Source: Octopus sinensis
Lineage: Eukaryota
Direction of reading: 5' to 3'
NCBI RefSeq assembly: GCF_006345805.1
Contig: NC_042999.1
Coordinates: 136,648,001 to 136,712,000 of the forward strand
Length of the DNA stretch: 64,000 bases
A program made the position numbers and the translations under genes. Of the stretch, positions 23,876 through 38,419 are shown in pieces; position 1 is the first letter of the stretch, and each line of letters starts with the position of its first letter. The notes under the pieces are model-generated. The model saw only the letters and a list, made by a program, of their open reading frames with translations, was not told where the DNA came from and made no database searches.

Positions 23876-25629
23876 CAATTTCAAAAAATGAAATCAACCA
23901 AGTTTTTTTAAATTTTGTTTGTAGTATCTAATAAAAGATAGGGAAAGGGATCAACAACATATCTTAATAGGGAATAAACTTATAATAAATTCAAGAAGGG
24001 AGAAATAGAAATTATTTGTGAAGGATATGTAATGGTCAGCTTTTACACTGCATTAAATTTATTTGTGAATAGAAAAATAGAAGCACCAGATATTAGATAT
24101 TATTGCAGGATAGTATGTCGATTTATAAAAAAAAAATGTTTCTTAAGAAATTAGAAGCAAAAGAGAATATCAGAAAATTTACCTAACCAGAAGAATTGGA
24201 GAGGTTTCTAATAACTTGAGTGTTGAGAATAAATTTTTAAAATGGAAATTTTTACTGGGTTGTACTAAAAGGTTAAAAACAAACTGATGCAATTGAGGAA
24301 ATGCTACTCAGTGGTGCACAGAATTATATGACAGCCAAGAAAGTTAGAAAAATTTGGTCAAAGAAAAACATGTTCTAACTTGTTCTCAGTGAAACCAACA
24401 AGAGGATAGCTGAAGAAGTTGGAGTTATAAAGGAATAACAGGTAAAGTAATTGTAGAGCAAAAGGAGCAAGGCATTTTGCTGTCAGGTTCACTTTTTGGA
24501 CTATGTATATATGAGAAGCTAAAATAAAGTCATGCCAACAATACTGATTTGAAATTTTTTTTTAAAAAGCACATCTAAAGGGTTTTTTCCTGGATTACTT
24601 TGCTTAATTTCTTGAATCTTTGACTTTGATATAGTTCAGTATGGGTTCCTTGTGAGAGAAACATCTGGTTATCATTATAGGGATTGTGTTATACTTTCAA
24701 TAGGGTTAAGAAAGTTTAAGAAAATACAATGTACTTATATATAAGGCTTTTATTTATTTATTTATTTATTGGTATTAGCCATATTTGTTTTGCAGGACCT
24801 TTGAGGTCAGTTGTCGGGTGGTTGAGTGGGGAAACACCTCAACTCTCATGTTATTCCTGACTGAACACTTGAAACAGAATGGATTCCTCTAAAAGTACCC
24901 AAGTGTCAGGTGGTGGTATTAAACCAGGAAAAGGATAAAGTCTACCATTTGAGAATGGGTACAGTCCATCCATGAAAAGAGCTAACTATAGTTAACTTAG
25001 AAAAGTTGTTACTGTGTTAGTGATAAGAGTTATAAAGACATTACCCACTGTTTGCAAGAAAAGGATTCTCTACATATGTGATATAAATGGAGGAAAATAT
25101 GTTGGATGAAATAGAAGTGGGGTCATATGAAAACAAACTAAAGACTTGGGATAAAGTGATTTGATGTACTAGAAATGTCAGGTGTGACAGACTTTTCTAA
25201 TTTATGCCTGGCTGTAAAGATGTATCTTCAAGGGTTGGAAAGATGTATCTTAAAAACAAGGAATGGAAAGTTGTATCTTGAAAATCAAAGTAGATGAGAT
25301 CATTCACAAATCATAGTAGCAGAGAGATAACCTCCGTTAGTCAATCACTGTCATCATGTTAAAATAAGTGAGAGGGTTTAGTTCTGAAGTTAGTTCAATT
25401 GGTTCTCAAGTCAGTTCTCGTTTGGAACTACTGCTCTTCTAGATAGGTTTATGATTGCACTACACTCATATTTCAATTTTGGCATAGTTTCTGTGGCTGG
25501 ACTCCTTTCTAAAGCCAGCTATTTTAAAGAGTATATTGGGTGCATTTTATCAAAGCATCATGCTTGAAGCGACTTTGTTCTCTGTAAGAGTTCTCACTGT
25601 GTTTATATTCATTTAAGGTAATGTAACCA

Positions 25630-26640
25630 AAAATGTGTTGCCACTCATCACAGTCCCTTGCCATCTCCTTTGAGGTTAAGCATCTTGAAATCAGTTTTCA
25701 CCACTTCACTGTATGTTGTCTTATGTCTCCTTTTCTCCTGGTGCCATTTAATTTGAGCATTCAATTCTTAATGGTGTTGAACTCCTTCATGCACCTTACA
25801 TGCACTCTCTTGCTTATTACATCTGATTTTTCTTATATCCAGCCTTTCTCTGACCTCATTTGTACCCCATCATTCATGCATACTTTCATTACACATTTAT
25901 TAGAGCATGTACACTTCATTTTTTTCTGATCTTCACAAATCTTTTATATTCAAGCTGCATGTATTGCTGCCATGCAACATTGCACTTTGTCTGCAGGCAT
26001 CATGCAATCTACCTTTCAACCTGTAGGAGAAGCCCTTTGTTACCAGCAATGGTAATATCTCCCTAAACTTTTCCTACTCTGTGTTTACTTTAGGTACAAA
26101 GTTTTAGGATATCCACTTATACTGCTCATTAAATCATTTAAGTAATGAACACTACCAATTACATCTAGAGTGCTTTTTGGTCATTTCAGAGACTTTATTT
26201 CATTTGTGCCCTTGTTATTGACTACTCTTGTGCTGCATAGGAAGTCTACCTTCCCTGTTAGTCTGTTTGCAATCTCACTACAATCTTATGCATCCATAGT
26301 CTACTCTTTGAAATTTCTGCCTACTTATTTTATCCATCTCAGCCATTTCTCTGAAGGGCATCATTTTCTTTCCTTCTTAGTAAAGTTTTAGTCTTTGCTA
26401 AGTTCATTTTGAAGCTTTCAAGTATTGATTTTGCTTTCATGACTGAAATTTTCCTCTAAATCTTTTATAGATCCATTTGTAAGTACTAAGTCATTAGCAT
26501 CTAAGGGTTCCCACAGACAGCTGGTCTTAAATTCCTCCATTATGGACTGGAGAATTATAATAAACAGAGGAGCACTTAGAACTGTGTCTTGGTGGAGCTC
26601 TACCATTACACTAAATTTATTGCCATACTCACATTTTGAC
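25630..26640 (-). mobile_element. RTE LINE RT fragment, decayed
   Basis: VELHQDTVLSAPLFIIILQSIMEEFKTSCLWEPLDANDLVL corresponds to the RTE motif VG.HQGSVLSPLLF.....EEF..GCPWELLYADDL; downstream GRLYDACV-type segment. Confidence 0.65.
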
Positions 26641-29600
26641 TGCACTTCTGTAGATGGCTTACAGTCCTCATCTACCTTTAGTTTTCTTAGCGACCAACAA
26701 ATTACTGAGTGAGGAACATTTTCAAAGGTTTCTCCTGGTTAATAAATGATAAGTATAGTGGCTTATTCCTAGCTAAATATTTCTACAATTGAATTACTAG
26801 AAGGAGAGCATTCGTAGAACCTTTTCCTGGCAAAAAGTTGAGCTGGATCTTGTTTAGGCTAATTTTGTTCCTAATTAATTGTTTTATATCTTGTTCAGTG
26901 ACTATATAAAAAGGAATATATTGGAATTTTAAACAATGAAGGGTCAAGAAGTATAGTAAAATTTAAGGTAGCCCTACTTTATTTTATTTTGGTCAAATTA
27001 AATTATTCTTTGAGAATAACAGAACATAATAATGATTACATAGTAAATATTTACTTAATGTCGAAATCTATGATTAAGATTCTCTGCTTTAGGTTTTAAG
27101 AAGGAAAACTTGAGTATAAGCTAATTTAAATAGAAATTTCTATATCACTATCTACTTAAATCAAGGAATCTGTTTCCTAAAGGAAACACTTGTAATTATG
27201 CTCTTTCCCTGTCCTCTATTATTTTGTATATAGTGAGTTATTGATTGTTAGTATTTGTCTAAAAATGTTATTTATTCCCTCAAGTTTTAACTAATGACGT
27301 GTTCTCCAATTATTGTTATTGTTATGTAAGTGAGGCAATTTCATAGAATTATTTTAATTTACTTACAACACTAATGTCTTTGAGAAATATATAGACAATT
27401 CTACCTTCTTTTTATTTCCCTGAGCGTGTTTGGTTTTTCTCTCAATAAAAGATAATATTAATAGTCACCAAAGAAATTCACCAAACTGAACTGTAGTGAT
27501 GAATCATGTGGAGTGCAATGTGACAACCTGAAGATATTGTACTTTCTTTACTGTCCAATCTATTTCTGTACGTCTGGTATAACTGGGAAGATGAATATAT
27601 GGGTCATGTCTTGTTTGACCAGTACCTGCATGCCATATGACTGCTTAACCAAGACTTACCTGCAGTTATGCAACAAACACCAACAAGCAGACTGATGCTA
27701 TTTATAAGGCAGGCAATGAAGAATTTTGGAAATACCTGTGGAAATTTTTCAGGAGGTATTTGGCAAGTTTTGTTACTGAGATGACCCATTCAATGTTGTA
27801 GGGTGACAGGAAACCAAGCTGGGGGAAGCAGAAAAATCTACAATCATTGAGGAGAATAAAAATCTAGGACAAAATGTTTGTAAATCAAAGTATTGCATAT
27901 CTACAGTGACTGATTGTTTCATAAGTTGTCAAGATAAAGTATTGTTGAAAAAATAAGGAAGGCAAGCAATAGAACAGTTTAAAGTTTTTGGGTTCACAAA
28001 TGTAATGATAGAGAATGGGCTTGAATTTTAAACTGAAAATAATTAATTTTGGCAATGAAATAAGATATCTTTATACAATAAAAATGGTGTATTGGTTTAA
28101 AAAAAAACAGTAGGATTTATTTTCAAAAAGTTATTTTAACATGTGTTTAGTTTTGCAGTGACAATAATTCATAAATAACTTTGATAACAATTATGAGGTG
28201 TTATAGATTTGCGAATGGTTCCTATACTAATCAACACAGTTGGCTTGGTTAATAAGTCTTGTTTTAATTAACTCTTGCGGCATTTTCGAGTTTTTAAAAT
28301 TTAGCTTTGATTGTTATATTTCAGTTAGCTTGAATGAATAAATTAATAATACTATTTTTGTATAGTTAGCACTCTAGGCATTTTAATATGCATTAAGTGA
28401 AAAGAAACCATTGTCTGTCCCCATATGTGTTGTTTGAAAATGATTTTATCTCAAGAGTTAATGTTGTTAAGTTTTTAGTAAGATTCCAACAATGCTACAA
28501 ATACATTTTAAAGTCATTAGTAGTATTTAAAATAGATCAATATAAAATCAGTAAAATTTCGCATAACAATCTTTTCAGTATTCTGAACACACAATTATTG
28601 ATGTGTGACCTATTCATTGATGTTTGATATATACTCATCCACTTCTTAGAAACATCATATATCGTCTTCCTTTTGTCTAAAGAGAGAAAGCCTTTGTTGC
28701 CAAAAGGGGTGGCAGTACTATTTGAACTTTCCCCACCCATTTGAATTGTCACTACATTTATCTGCAACATCAATTGTATCTTAAAGTTAGCAGAACTTGA
28801 CTATAACTTCCAATAAGTTATGTAAGTATATTCATGGTCTTCAGTTCATGCTACATCAGCTGCAGTGGATTCAAAAGTCTTTTAGTGGTTTCATTATACT
28901 TTTTTGTGTACATTCCCTCATTCTTGGTCATATCCTCATTCTTAATTGATATTACTATCCCCTACTATTTCCTATATTTGTTATATAATTCATCATCATC
29001 ATTCAATGTCTATTTTCCATGCTGGAAATGGGTTTGATGGCTTGGCAGGAAACTGGCAAGTCAGAAGACTACACCAGGTTCTGCTGTTAACTGTCTGTTA
29101 ATTTAAAGAATTGAATTCCTGATGCCTCACTATTATATTTTTTAATGCAAATATTTTATTGTAGAACCTAGTAATTGAAATATACAATTTCTTTCTGTAT
29201 AGCTGCATTGTGTTTGAATGAGTAAATAATCCTTTGGTTTTTCAATCTAATCTCTGCTTGTCATTATATATATTCCTCCTTCTGGACATTTATTAATTCT
29301 TCATAATTCCAAAGTTTGTTTTGGTCAAGCACAATAAGGATTATATAAATTAATTTAAAGATCCTGATGGAGTTGAAATTTTCTATGGGCAATCCATGTG
29401 GTAGAAGGTATCTTCTTTCAAGTGCTGAAAACCTGCCCATCTTAATCTATGATACTATTTAATCTCTTAAAGTAAATTGATTAAATCAACACATGCTTTA
29501 TTGCCCAGTTTTTCTATTCTTTAGTTATTGTTTTTGTAATGTTTGAATGGCAAAGCATATCTAAGTTGGAAAAGAGGCTACACTTAACCAATGCATACAG

Positions 29601-30899
29601 AAGAGATGACAGTTATATGATGCAAATGGACACATGCTGAGGAAAGCTGATATGTGTGTTGACAGTGAAATGTTCCCAAAATAGAGAAACACATACGAGG
29701 AAATGATGATGTTGATCCTTACAGACAAGATAATTGAGGATGAAAGTCTACTGCAGATCTCTAATAAAAAAAGCAGACATTAAGTGATAATGATGTCTCC
29801 ATTAATGTTGCTTAACATTTGCAGAGCTATTTAAAACTTAAATTTATGGATTTAGATTTGAATATGTTAGAATTTTAGTTTGAATAGAATCATTCAAGTT
29901 ACATTATTTACCCAGGGCATGAAAATGTCTGCAATCCTTATACCAAATGATTTTAGAATCATTTAATTCATTCATGCATGTCAAATATTTATGATTATTA
30001 ATAACAAAATCCAATATGGGCTTGGAATCATTTCATGGTTAACTGATGGAATAATGGTTATCATGCTCGGCAACTATAAACTACTTGTAATTAACAGTAG
30101 AGAACTATAGAAAGAGTATTTCAAGAATTCTACATCTTGTATATTATTCTATATGATGGAGGGTTAACCTGGCTGGTTATAGTGGCTTAAATCCATGATT
30201 ATATTGATTTCAGTCAATAAAGCAAAAGTAATTTTCATTTCAAATTTATAGAGAAGTTTATTTTTTGGCATTAAAACTTCAGTCTGAATAAACAGTGATG
30301 AGTACAACAGGGAACATGTAGGGCATATGGGAGCATGAAGTTTTAATTTAATATGAACCTTTTTGGTGTCATTTGCTTTCTAATGAAGATCTACAATCAT
30401 ATTTATTTTTTTATATCTATATTTTTAAGTAATTAAGTGTTCAAGAACAAAAGAATATCAGATGTAATCTTGAAGTCTATGTAATATTATATAAAATGGG
30501 TGTTTCCCTGAAATATTTGCAGATGACATATTTCTTGTAATTTTAGAACATCCTATTGAAATGTCTCTGTGGGCTACTATAATTATATTTCTTATGTGGG
30601 TCTGGATGATGTGAAATCATCACAGAAGCTGGAATCACTGAGACAGAGGTTGCTGGTAGAACTTTTTCAAGAGCATTATCCAAATCATGAGAACACATTA
30701 TCCTTACCAAATTACTGTTGTGACCACAACATTCTTCTGAAGCGGGCCTGTAAACACTCTAAAGTATAGATAATCTTTGATTACTGCTATCATAATCTAG
30801 AGAGGAAAACCAGAAGTACAGTTGTTACTCATTTAGAAGTACCAACAACTCATTCATACAATCATATCAGGAGTGCAAGTTTAAGCTTATAGGTACATG

Positions 30900-31330
30900 T
30901 TTGTAACTCCTGGTAGTACTGAAAGAGGCTGGGATGCAGCTTGTCTGCTAGCTGTACTCCTATGAATCTCACACCAATGATGCCCAAAATGATTTGAGAA
31001 TGATGTTCTATCAGAAGGTCAGGAATTTAGAGAGAATACCTTCAACAAGTGATATCTTGGACCAGCATCTCAAAAGTGTCATTCAAGTAACCATTTGAAT
31101 TATGACTCATGAGCTGGTTATGCTTCTACATAGCTCCTGCAATCATAAATGGACTGTGGAAGACTAGAACCTAGTTCCAGTTCAGATTATTCCACTCCTT
31201 GCAAAGAATGTTTACAATCTAGATATAGCCACTCCCTCACAAAAAGAAATATTTGTTGTGCTACATAATACAAAAAGATTGTACAGCTGAAAATATGCTG
31301 ATTTATAAATGTTTTAAGTCACTGGCATTG
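30900..31330 (+). pseudogene. Relic resembling the C-terminus of uncharacterised invertebrate mobile ORFs (LPPT..AL.QH..R..YQ..IW + CXC type)
   Basis: Manual frame from 30961: YESHTNDAQNDLRMMFYQKVRNLERIPSTSDILDQHLKSVIQVTI*...KWTVED*NLVPV. Family recalled from memory; multiple stops. Confidence 0.4.
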
Positions 31331-32249
31331 ATTATGTTCATCACAAATTGTTGCCCTTCTAAGCCCCACTTTCTTCCTATTGTGCCAATCATTGTCTATT
31401 TTGGAGGAAGCTGTAATTTTACTTCTTCACTTTTCTTGTGACTAGTTGCCCAGATACCCTTCCACTATGAATGAGAGAAGAAAAATTTAATTGCTAAGGA
31501 AAATATTATGAAGCATAACAGGTTGTTGGAAGAGAAAAGACATGGTAATGCTTTTGTCTTTCCCAAATATATTGAAAGATAAGGGTAGAGAAATACTAAC
31601 AATCAATTTTTGAAACAGAAAAGGAAGATTACAAGAACAATCTGGGGAAAAAAAGTGGGGGGAAAAAAATCAAAGATTAGCCAGAATTAATAACAACAAA
31701 ACTGTTAATCAAAGTGGCCGCTCCTCTCAATCGTATTTGATATGGAAATACATTATCATATACTATATTATCATATATCATTGCACATGCATTGAAGTGT
31801 GATTTGACTGATTTCTTAGAAGCTAAAAGCTTTAATAAAGATAACAGGGTGTAGAATATTATTTATTTACTATCGGATTTCTAGATGATCATCCATTCTG
31901 TAAGTGATAAAACTCTAGAGTAGGAGCTGTTATTATTAAAACGGTTGGTTTTTGTTTTTGAAGGACCAGATTCTAAGTTCGGGATGGAAGGAAGGGAGTA
32001 GATCAGCAAACAAGATGGTGTCACAAATGATAAGTGTAAAAATAGGGAAGTGATTATATGTTGTACATATCCTGAATGTTGGGTAAAGCTGCAGTATAAA
32101 AATATTTCTTCTGGAGAGCACAACTTTCCAAGACATTTAATCTCTTGATCAATGAAGCTATTGAACCAAATAGTTGAAATCATACCCTCTCATTCAACCA
32201 TATAGAAACAGTAGTAGTAGTTGCTCTTTTTCAGACATAAATCATTTGA

Positions 32250-32635
32250 CTATGTGGTAAGAAGCTTGCTTCCTAATCACATGGTTATGGGTTCAGTCCC
32301 ACTGCATGGCACCTATTAGAGCCCAGTGATGACTAAAGCCTTGAATTGATTTGGTAGACAGAAACTGAAAAAAAGCCCATCTCACACACACATGTATGTA
32401 TGTATGTATGTATGTATACATACGTGTTTGTGTTTTTTTTTTGTCCCCATTATTGCTTTACAACTGGTGTTAGTGTGTTTATGTCCCATAACTTAGCGGT
32501 TTGGCAAGAGAATGAATGAATAGGTTCTAGGCTCAAAAGTAAGTCTTGGGGTTGAATTGTTTGACGAAACCACTTCAAGGTGGTGCTCCAGCATGGCTGC
32601 AGTCGAATGACTGAAACAAGTAAAATAATAAAAAA
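32250..32635 (+). mobile_element. tRNA-derived SINE with internal microsatellite
   Basis: Head tgtggtaagaagcttgcttcc..ggttcagtcccactg, (TATG)n middle, tail ggtgctccagcatggctgcagtc..tgactgaaacaagt. Confidence 0.8.
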
Positions 32636-32667
32636 TAACATTATAGTAAAATAGAAAAATTAGTTCT

Positions 32668-33240
32668 CATCATCATCATCATCGTTTAACGTCCGTTCTC
32701 CGTGCTAGCATGGGTTGGACGGTTTCGACCGGGGATCTGGGAAGCCAGAAGGCTGCACCAGGCTCCAGTCTTATCTGGCAATGTTTCTACAGCTGGATGC
32801 CCTTCCTAACACCAACCACTCCGTGAGTGTAGTGGGTGCTTTTTACATGCCACCTGCACAGGTGCCAGGCGAGGCTGGCAACGGCCACGGTCTGATTGGT
32901 GTATTTTACGTGCCACCAGCACGGAAGCCAGTCGAGGCGGCGCTGGCATCGGCCACGAGTCGGATAGTGCTTTTTACGTACCACCAGACCAGGGATCCTG
33001 GCTGGTTCAATTCGATTTCGATTTCGCTTGCCCCAACATGTCTTCGCAAGCAAAGGGGGTTGGCATGGGTGCCTGTTGTCGGATGAAGTTCTATATCGAC
33101 TTCGCTTGCCTCAACAGGTCTTTGTGTCCAAGGGAGGAAAGGCATGCATAAGTGGGCTGGGCTCACTTGTCCTGCCTGGTCTTCTCACATACAGCATATT
33201 TCCAAAGGTCTCAGTCGCTGGTCATTTCCTCAGCGAGGAA
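32668..33240 (-). mobile_element. RTE LINE 3' end, second copy
   Basis: Long near-identical stretches with 15023-15900; (CAT)n tail at 32668. Confidence 0.85.
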
Positions 33241-36200
33241 ATACAAATTCTCATTATACAAATTCACACACACCCAAGTACAATGTAAAGCATTTGATGA
33301 ATAATATAGAAGAGTAAAGGTAGTGAGTTGCTGTATTTAGCCCCTGCTCAACCCTGATTGAACAAACTTATATTCCAGTCATGAGCATCACAACTTTTTA
33401 GGAGCATCTAATATGTATTATTTAATGTGAATTTCCTTTAAGTTGTGGGGAATGTAATTTGAGGTTTGAGGGAAATTTAGCTTCTATTTCTTGCAGGATA
33501 AAATCAGTATAGCAATTCTTTTATCAACCTAAGGTATTTGGATGTAAATGTTGAAAAGTCTTTGTTTCAAAAGATGAAGTTATCAGTGGAGAATGTTTGT
33601 AACAATTCAGACATATTTTGCTGGGTGAGAAAGCATGAATGTCAGAGTAGACAGTATCACACAACTAGCCAATGGTCTGTAGCTCATATTTTGTCATTGA
33701 TTTTTCATTCATTATATCCATGGTCAAAGATTTTAGTTCTCAAAAGTTGATACATCTAGATGGAATTTCTTTTTTTAACTGTTCAGCCCCAGGTCATCCC
33801 TAATCTGAGGCCTATAATCAAAAGCATTTCAGCTATGATAATCCTATCTGTTTATTTTCTGGCAAGAGGTTGGTTATGGTTGTTATTCTTTTAATCATAG
33901 GTTTATTCACTCAGAGCTAGGCTGGGACTAAACAATGGACATATTAAGAAAAACAATTAATTTTCAGTTTAAGTGTAGTAATGTGAATTCAAGTGTGGAC
34001 CTAAACCATGCAATCTACACTATAGTGAATTTCATTTAAATGGCAGAGGTAAAGTGGAAGTGCCTATCACATTTGCAGGCCCTCTGAGATCACTGATGGT
34101 CTGTAGGGAGGGAATTCCAGAAGGATGTGGTTCTGAGAAGGTTAGGATTGGTTGAAATGTTTATGCTGATATATGGGAGGTAAGATACAGCAAAGGTCAC
34201 AAGAGAAGAACTGGATGGTTCAGAATAGAGAGGATATGCAGGAGATAGTTTAGATTCCTCTCAACTGTTATAATCATGATAGGCGATCAAAGAGAGGAAA
34301 TGCACATGATAGGAAACAAAGAAACTACATGTCTGTGTGTTAATGATTGTAGTGAGTTAGTGAGTGAATATTACCAATCAGTTAAATAGCATAGACAAAG
34401 CATAATACACTGTATCAGTCTCCCAGGCCAACAACTGGTATCAGTCCTGCTTTACGATTAATTAGTTGGTAGGAGAAATTATATCACCTGACAGTAAAAC
34501 TAATTAGTGTAACCTTGTTTAAAAAGAAAAGAAAAAGAACTCTCACTCATATCAATTGATATATAGAAAAATGGATATAAAACAGATAAAAAATTTTAAT
34601 TGAATATCATAATAAAATAACCTAAGAATTCTGCTATTGTACAAACTCTTTGAAATATATTTCCTCATTAGTATAAATTATCAATGTATTATACCTCAAA
34701 TATATTTATTCATCACATGGTTTATTATTATAAAGTGAATGTGAGATGCAATAATCTTAACAAATTACCATTTAATTGTTTGATGTTTCACCATTGTTAA
34801 AGAATGATTATTATACTGCTGTAACTGATACTGGCATGCTTCCCATCTATTGGGGTGTGCCCCATAGGTGAGAAATAGTTGGCATAGGTTGTTGAAATGT
34901 CGAAAATTGATATCCACTTTGTCATATCTGGCAGAAAGATCAACTAAAATCAAGCAACAGCAAAGAAATAAATTATTCTCTTTGAAAAAATACAAAATGA
35001 CATTAAAACTTTTCTTTTTTTCTGTTTTCTATTTGAGAATCATTAAGCTTTATATCACAATTCCAAATATCATAAATCCAAAAAGGCTTAAAGGAAATAT
35101 GTGTAGATGATATCTAAGAAACTACTAACACATTAGCAAGTGATTTTCAAGCAGAAAGATAACAGTTGTTCTGATTGGATTTCCATGATAGAATCGCAGC
35201 AGTGTGCTATCGATCATGAAATTTTACTGGATGTAAGGACAATGATGGTAGCTGCTGCATATTTCTTCTTCTTGTAACATTAGAGTATACTCACCACTCA
35301 ACATTAATTCTACAAAAAGACTTTCTCTCTGTCTCTCTGCCTATCTATCTATCTGTCTGTCTGTGTATGTACACACATATACAGAAGTGAATTAGTGTAA
35401 CATTTAATGCTTGATATAAATATGGTAAGCAAAAATATTAATTAATGACCAATATTGCTACTATTTATTTTCTAAGCAAATATTGTAATAGAGTCAAATG
35501 TGAACATGTCTTGCTCTTATTCTGAACTTCTTAGCAAAGCATTGCATTAGCAAACATGCTGAATTAGTGATGGAGGAGTCACTAGTAAGTAAATGTTTGA
35601 GATTTTATATTAATTGTTATAAGAAAATGAAATTGTTCGGAAATTAAATTATTCAGAAAAATCTGTGCGTGTATGGATATGCATATATGTATGTGTATAT
35701 ACACACAGTGAAGATTTTTATTCCAATTGAGTAGAAATATAGAAAAAGGAGGTTGAAAACGTCCAGTGCATTTTCAATTTCTTATACATACATGCATACA
35801 TGTATATATATACACATACACACACTCACACACTGTAGTGTAACTGAATTTTAAGTGTTCATATCTTTTGTGTGAAGAACATTCAAAAAATTTTTGAAAA
35901 GGATAAATGAATTTAAGTAGTTTTTTTTTTGTTTTTTTTCAAAATACTTTCAGAAATGAGTAACAAATTAAATTATCAACAAACTAAGGATTTTTGTTGA
36001 TTGCCAAATAATATTTCTAAGATGACCTCAAGATATATTGAAGGATTCCACTTAGGAATGCAGAAACACAAATTGTTAATCATTTATATCCAATAACATG
36101 AAAAATCTTGTTGAAAATAGGTGAGAAATAATAAATAAAATAAGTGGGAGAGTGTTCACTGCACATTCCTCATCACATTCTTTTGTATGACCAGGAAAAA

Positions 36201-36599
36201 TATTTGACCCAGTTTTAAATTACTAAAAGTTAATAAATTACAACCAAAGGAAAATATTCAGTAACTATGGATGAAGGTGACAATGTGTGGTTATAAAGTT
36301 TGTTTCCAGATTTGGCTCCCATGTGTAGCAAAATCTTGCATGTGAAATTAGGTAAATGGAAACTATGGAAGAAAGTTAAATAAATAAACAAAGGGGCACT
36401 GAAAAGTTCCTAGCTTGGGTAAAAAAAAATACAGGAGAATCAGTTAATTATGATTTTACTTAACATATTCTCTGCTCAGATTCACACACTTATTGCAGTT
36501 GTCCTTCAGTTTTACTAAGCCCTGTAAAAGAACTCAGAAGGTTGGGCCTCTAACCAGGCTTTTCTTGATACCATTTCAGTCCCTTTGTAAATATTATAG

Positions 36600-37000
36600 G
36601 CGCAGGAGTGGCTGTGTGGTAAGTAGCCTGCTTACCAACCACACAGTTCCGGGTTCAGTCCCACTGCATAGCACCTTGGGAAAGTTTCTTCTACTATAGC
36701 CTCGGGCCGACCAAAGCCTTGTGAGTGGATTTGGTTGACAGAAACTGAAAGAAGCCTGTCGTATATATATATATATATATGTATATATATGTGTTTGTGT
36801 GTCTGTGTTTGTCCCCCCAACATCGCTTGACAACCGATGTTGGTATGTTTACGCCCCCGTTACTTAGCAGTTCGGCAAAAGAGACCGATAGAATAAGTAC
36901 TAGGCTTACAAAGAATAAAACCTGGGGTCGATTTGCTCGACTAAAAGGCGGTGCTCCAGCATGGCCGCAGTCAAATGACTGAAACAAGTAAAAGAGAGAA
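36600..37000 (+). mobile_element. tRNA-derived SINE, best-preserved copy
   Basis: A-box-like tggctgtgtgg, B-box-like ggttcagtccc, internal (TA)n, body and tail ending tgactgaaacaagtaaaagag. Confidence 0.85.
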
Positions 37001-38419
37001 AGAGATGTATTTTGAAGGAGTTTGGTACATTCCAATGTAGAGAGTCAAGGAAGCATAGAGTATGTCTCTTTTTGCCTAGATCAACGTAGGTTGTTGTCGT
37101 CAGTAAAGTAAGTTCCAGAAAAATATAAAGTTAATATAAATAACCAAAAACTTTGAAGATAGTACCTCCAGGATGGCTACGTATCAATGTTTGAAACTCA
37201 TAAAAAAATAATATTTAAATGTCTTTTGTGCTGCTATTATTCCCACATATGCAGTTAAAATTTGAATCTATTTTGTACTAGTCACTGTTGTACCTACCTA
37301 TGTAATATTTGAATTTATTTTGTACTAGTTACTGTTATATCTACATATGTAGTTAATATTTCTATATTTTGATATCTGACAGAAATATTATCTGTATGTA
37401 AAGAATTCTCAGTCATTTAATATTTTCCATGCAGCTTCTTTTATTTTTTCACAAAGGCCACAACTTGCTAAAATACATGGTGTTTTGAACAGAATTGAGC
37501 TGCATGCTTAATATCCAAATGGCTTGTAAAAGAAAGTAAAACTTCAAAGAAACGTTAATTTCCTTAGTAATTACTGATAAAAAAAATTGGATTTGCTAAC
37601 TTCAGTAGTTTTTGAGATATTGGAGTAGATACTCAAACAATCAAACAAACAAACATGACATAAGCAATGACACTTAGTGAGGTGTGCGTGAGCTAGTGAT
37701 GCACAGTTATTGCATAAGGAAATTAAAGACATGTTTGCCTGAACTAGACGAAGTTATCTCTAATACGTTAATGTGAATAATAATGATAATAATAATAATA
37801 ATAATAATCAATCTTTCACTTCAAACATATGAGTACAAAAATAGTCATGAAACCTGCAAAATTTTTCTTATGAAAACTAATTTGAATATCAACTAATGAA
37901 TACCAAATTAAACTACATCTGAAATGTTATTAATATCATTAACACTTAAAGGTATTTTATAAGATATATCACAGAAAAACATTTCATCTTCCTTCAAGCT
38001 CAGAAAGTTTGTTAAATCAGTTCCTGCATAGGTTAATGAATTTAGCATAAAATAGTAAATTAGTAAATAATCATTGCATAAACAAGAAATACTAAACATT
38101 GAATTATTACATTATCTCTTTAGGAGAGAACTTGAATATAACAAATTACTTTTAATCTGTAAAACAGATATAAACAAATTAAAGACAGAAATAGGTTGAT
38201 TTTGGTGTTTTTTAAAACTAGATTGTTTTAAAGATTATTATGTTATAGACTAATAACCTCATCTTAATATATTTTAATATGTTATGTGTAGATGTACAAT
38301 ATTTATATGTTTACTAATAAAATGAATGATATTGTTTTGATTAATTCAATTTCTGATTATCATTGGAATTCTTTTTCCTGACTGGATGCAAGCTAGAAAC
38401 TTTTTATTTCTATACTCAC

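Noticed and set aside
28537-28773. Protein-like 78-aa - strand ORF
   Set aside because: Frames combine to a decayed RTE RT segment (GW.KF...PF..KG..L..K..IYD), not a host exon.
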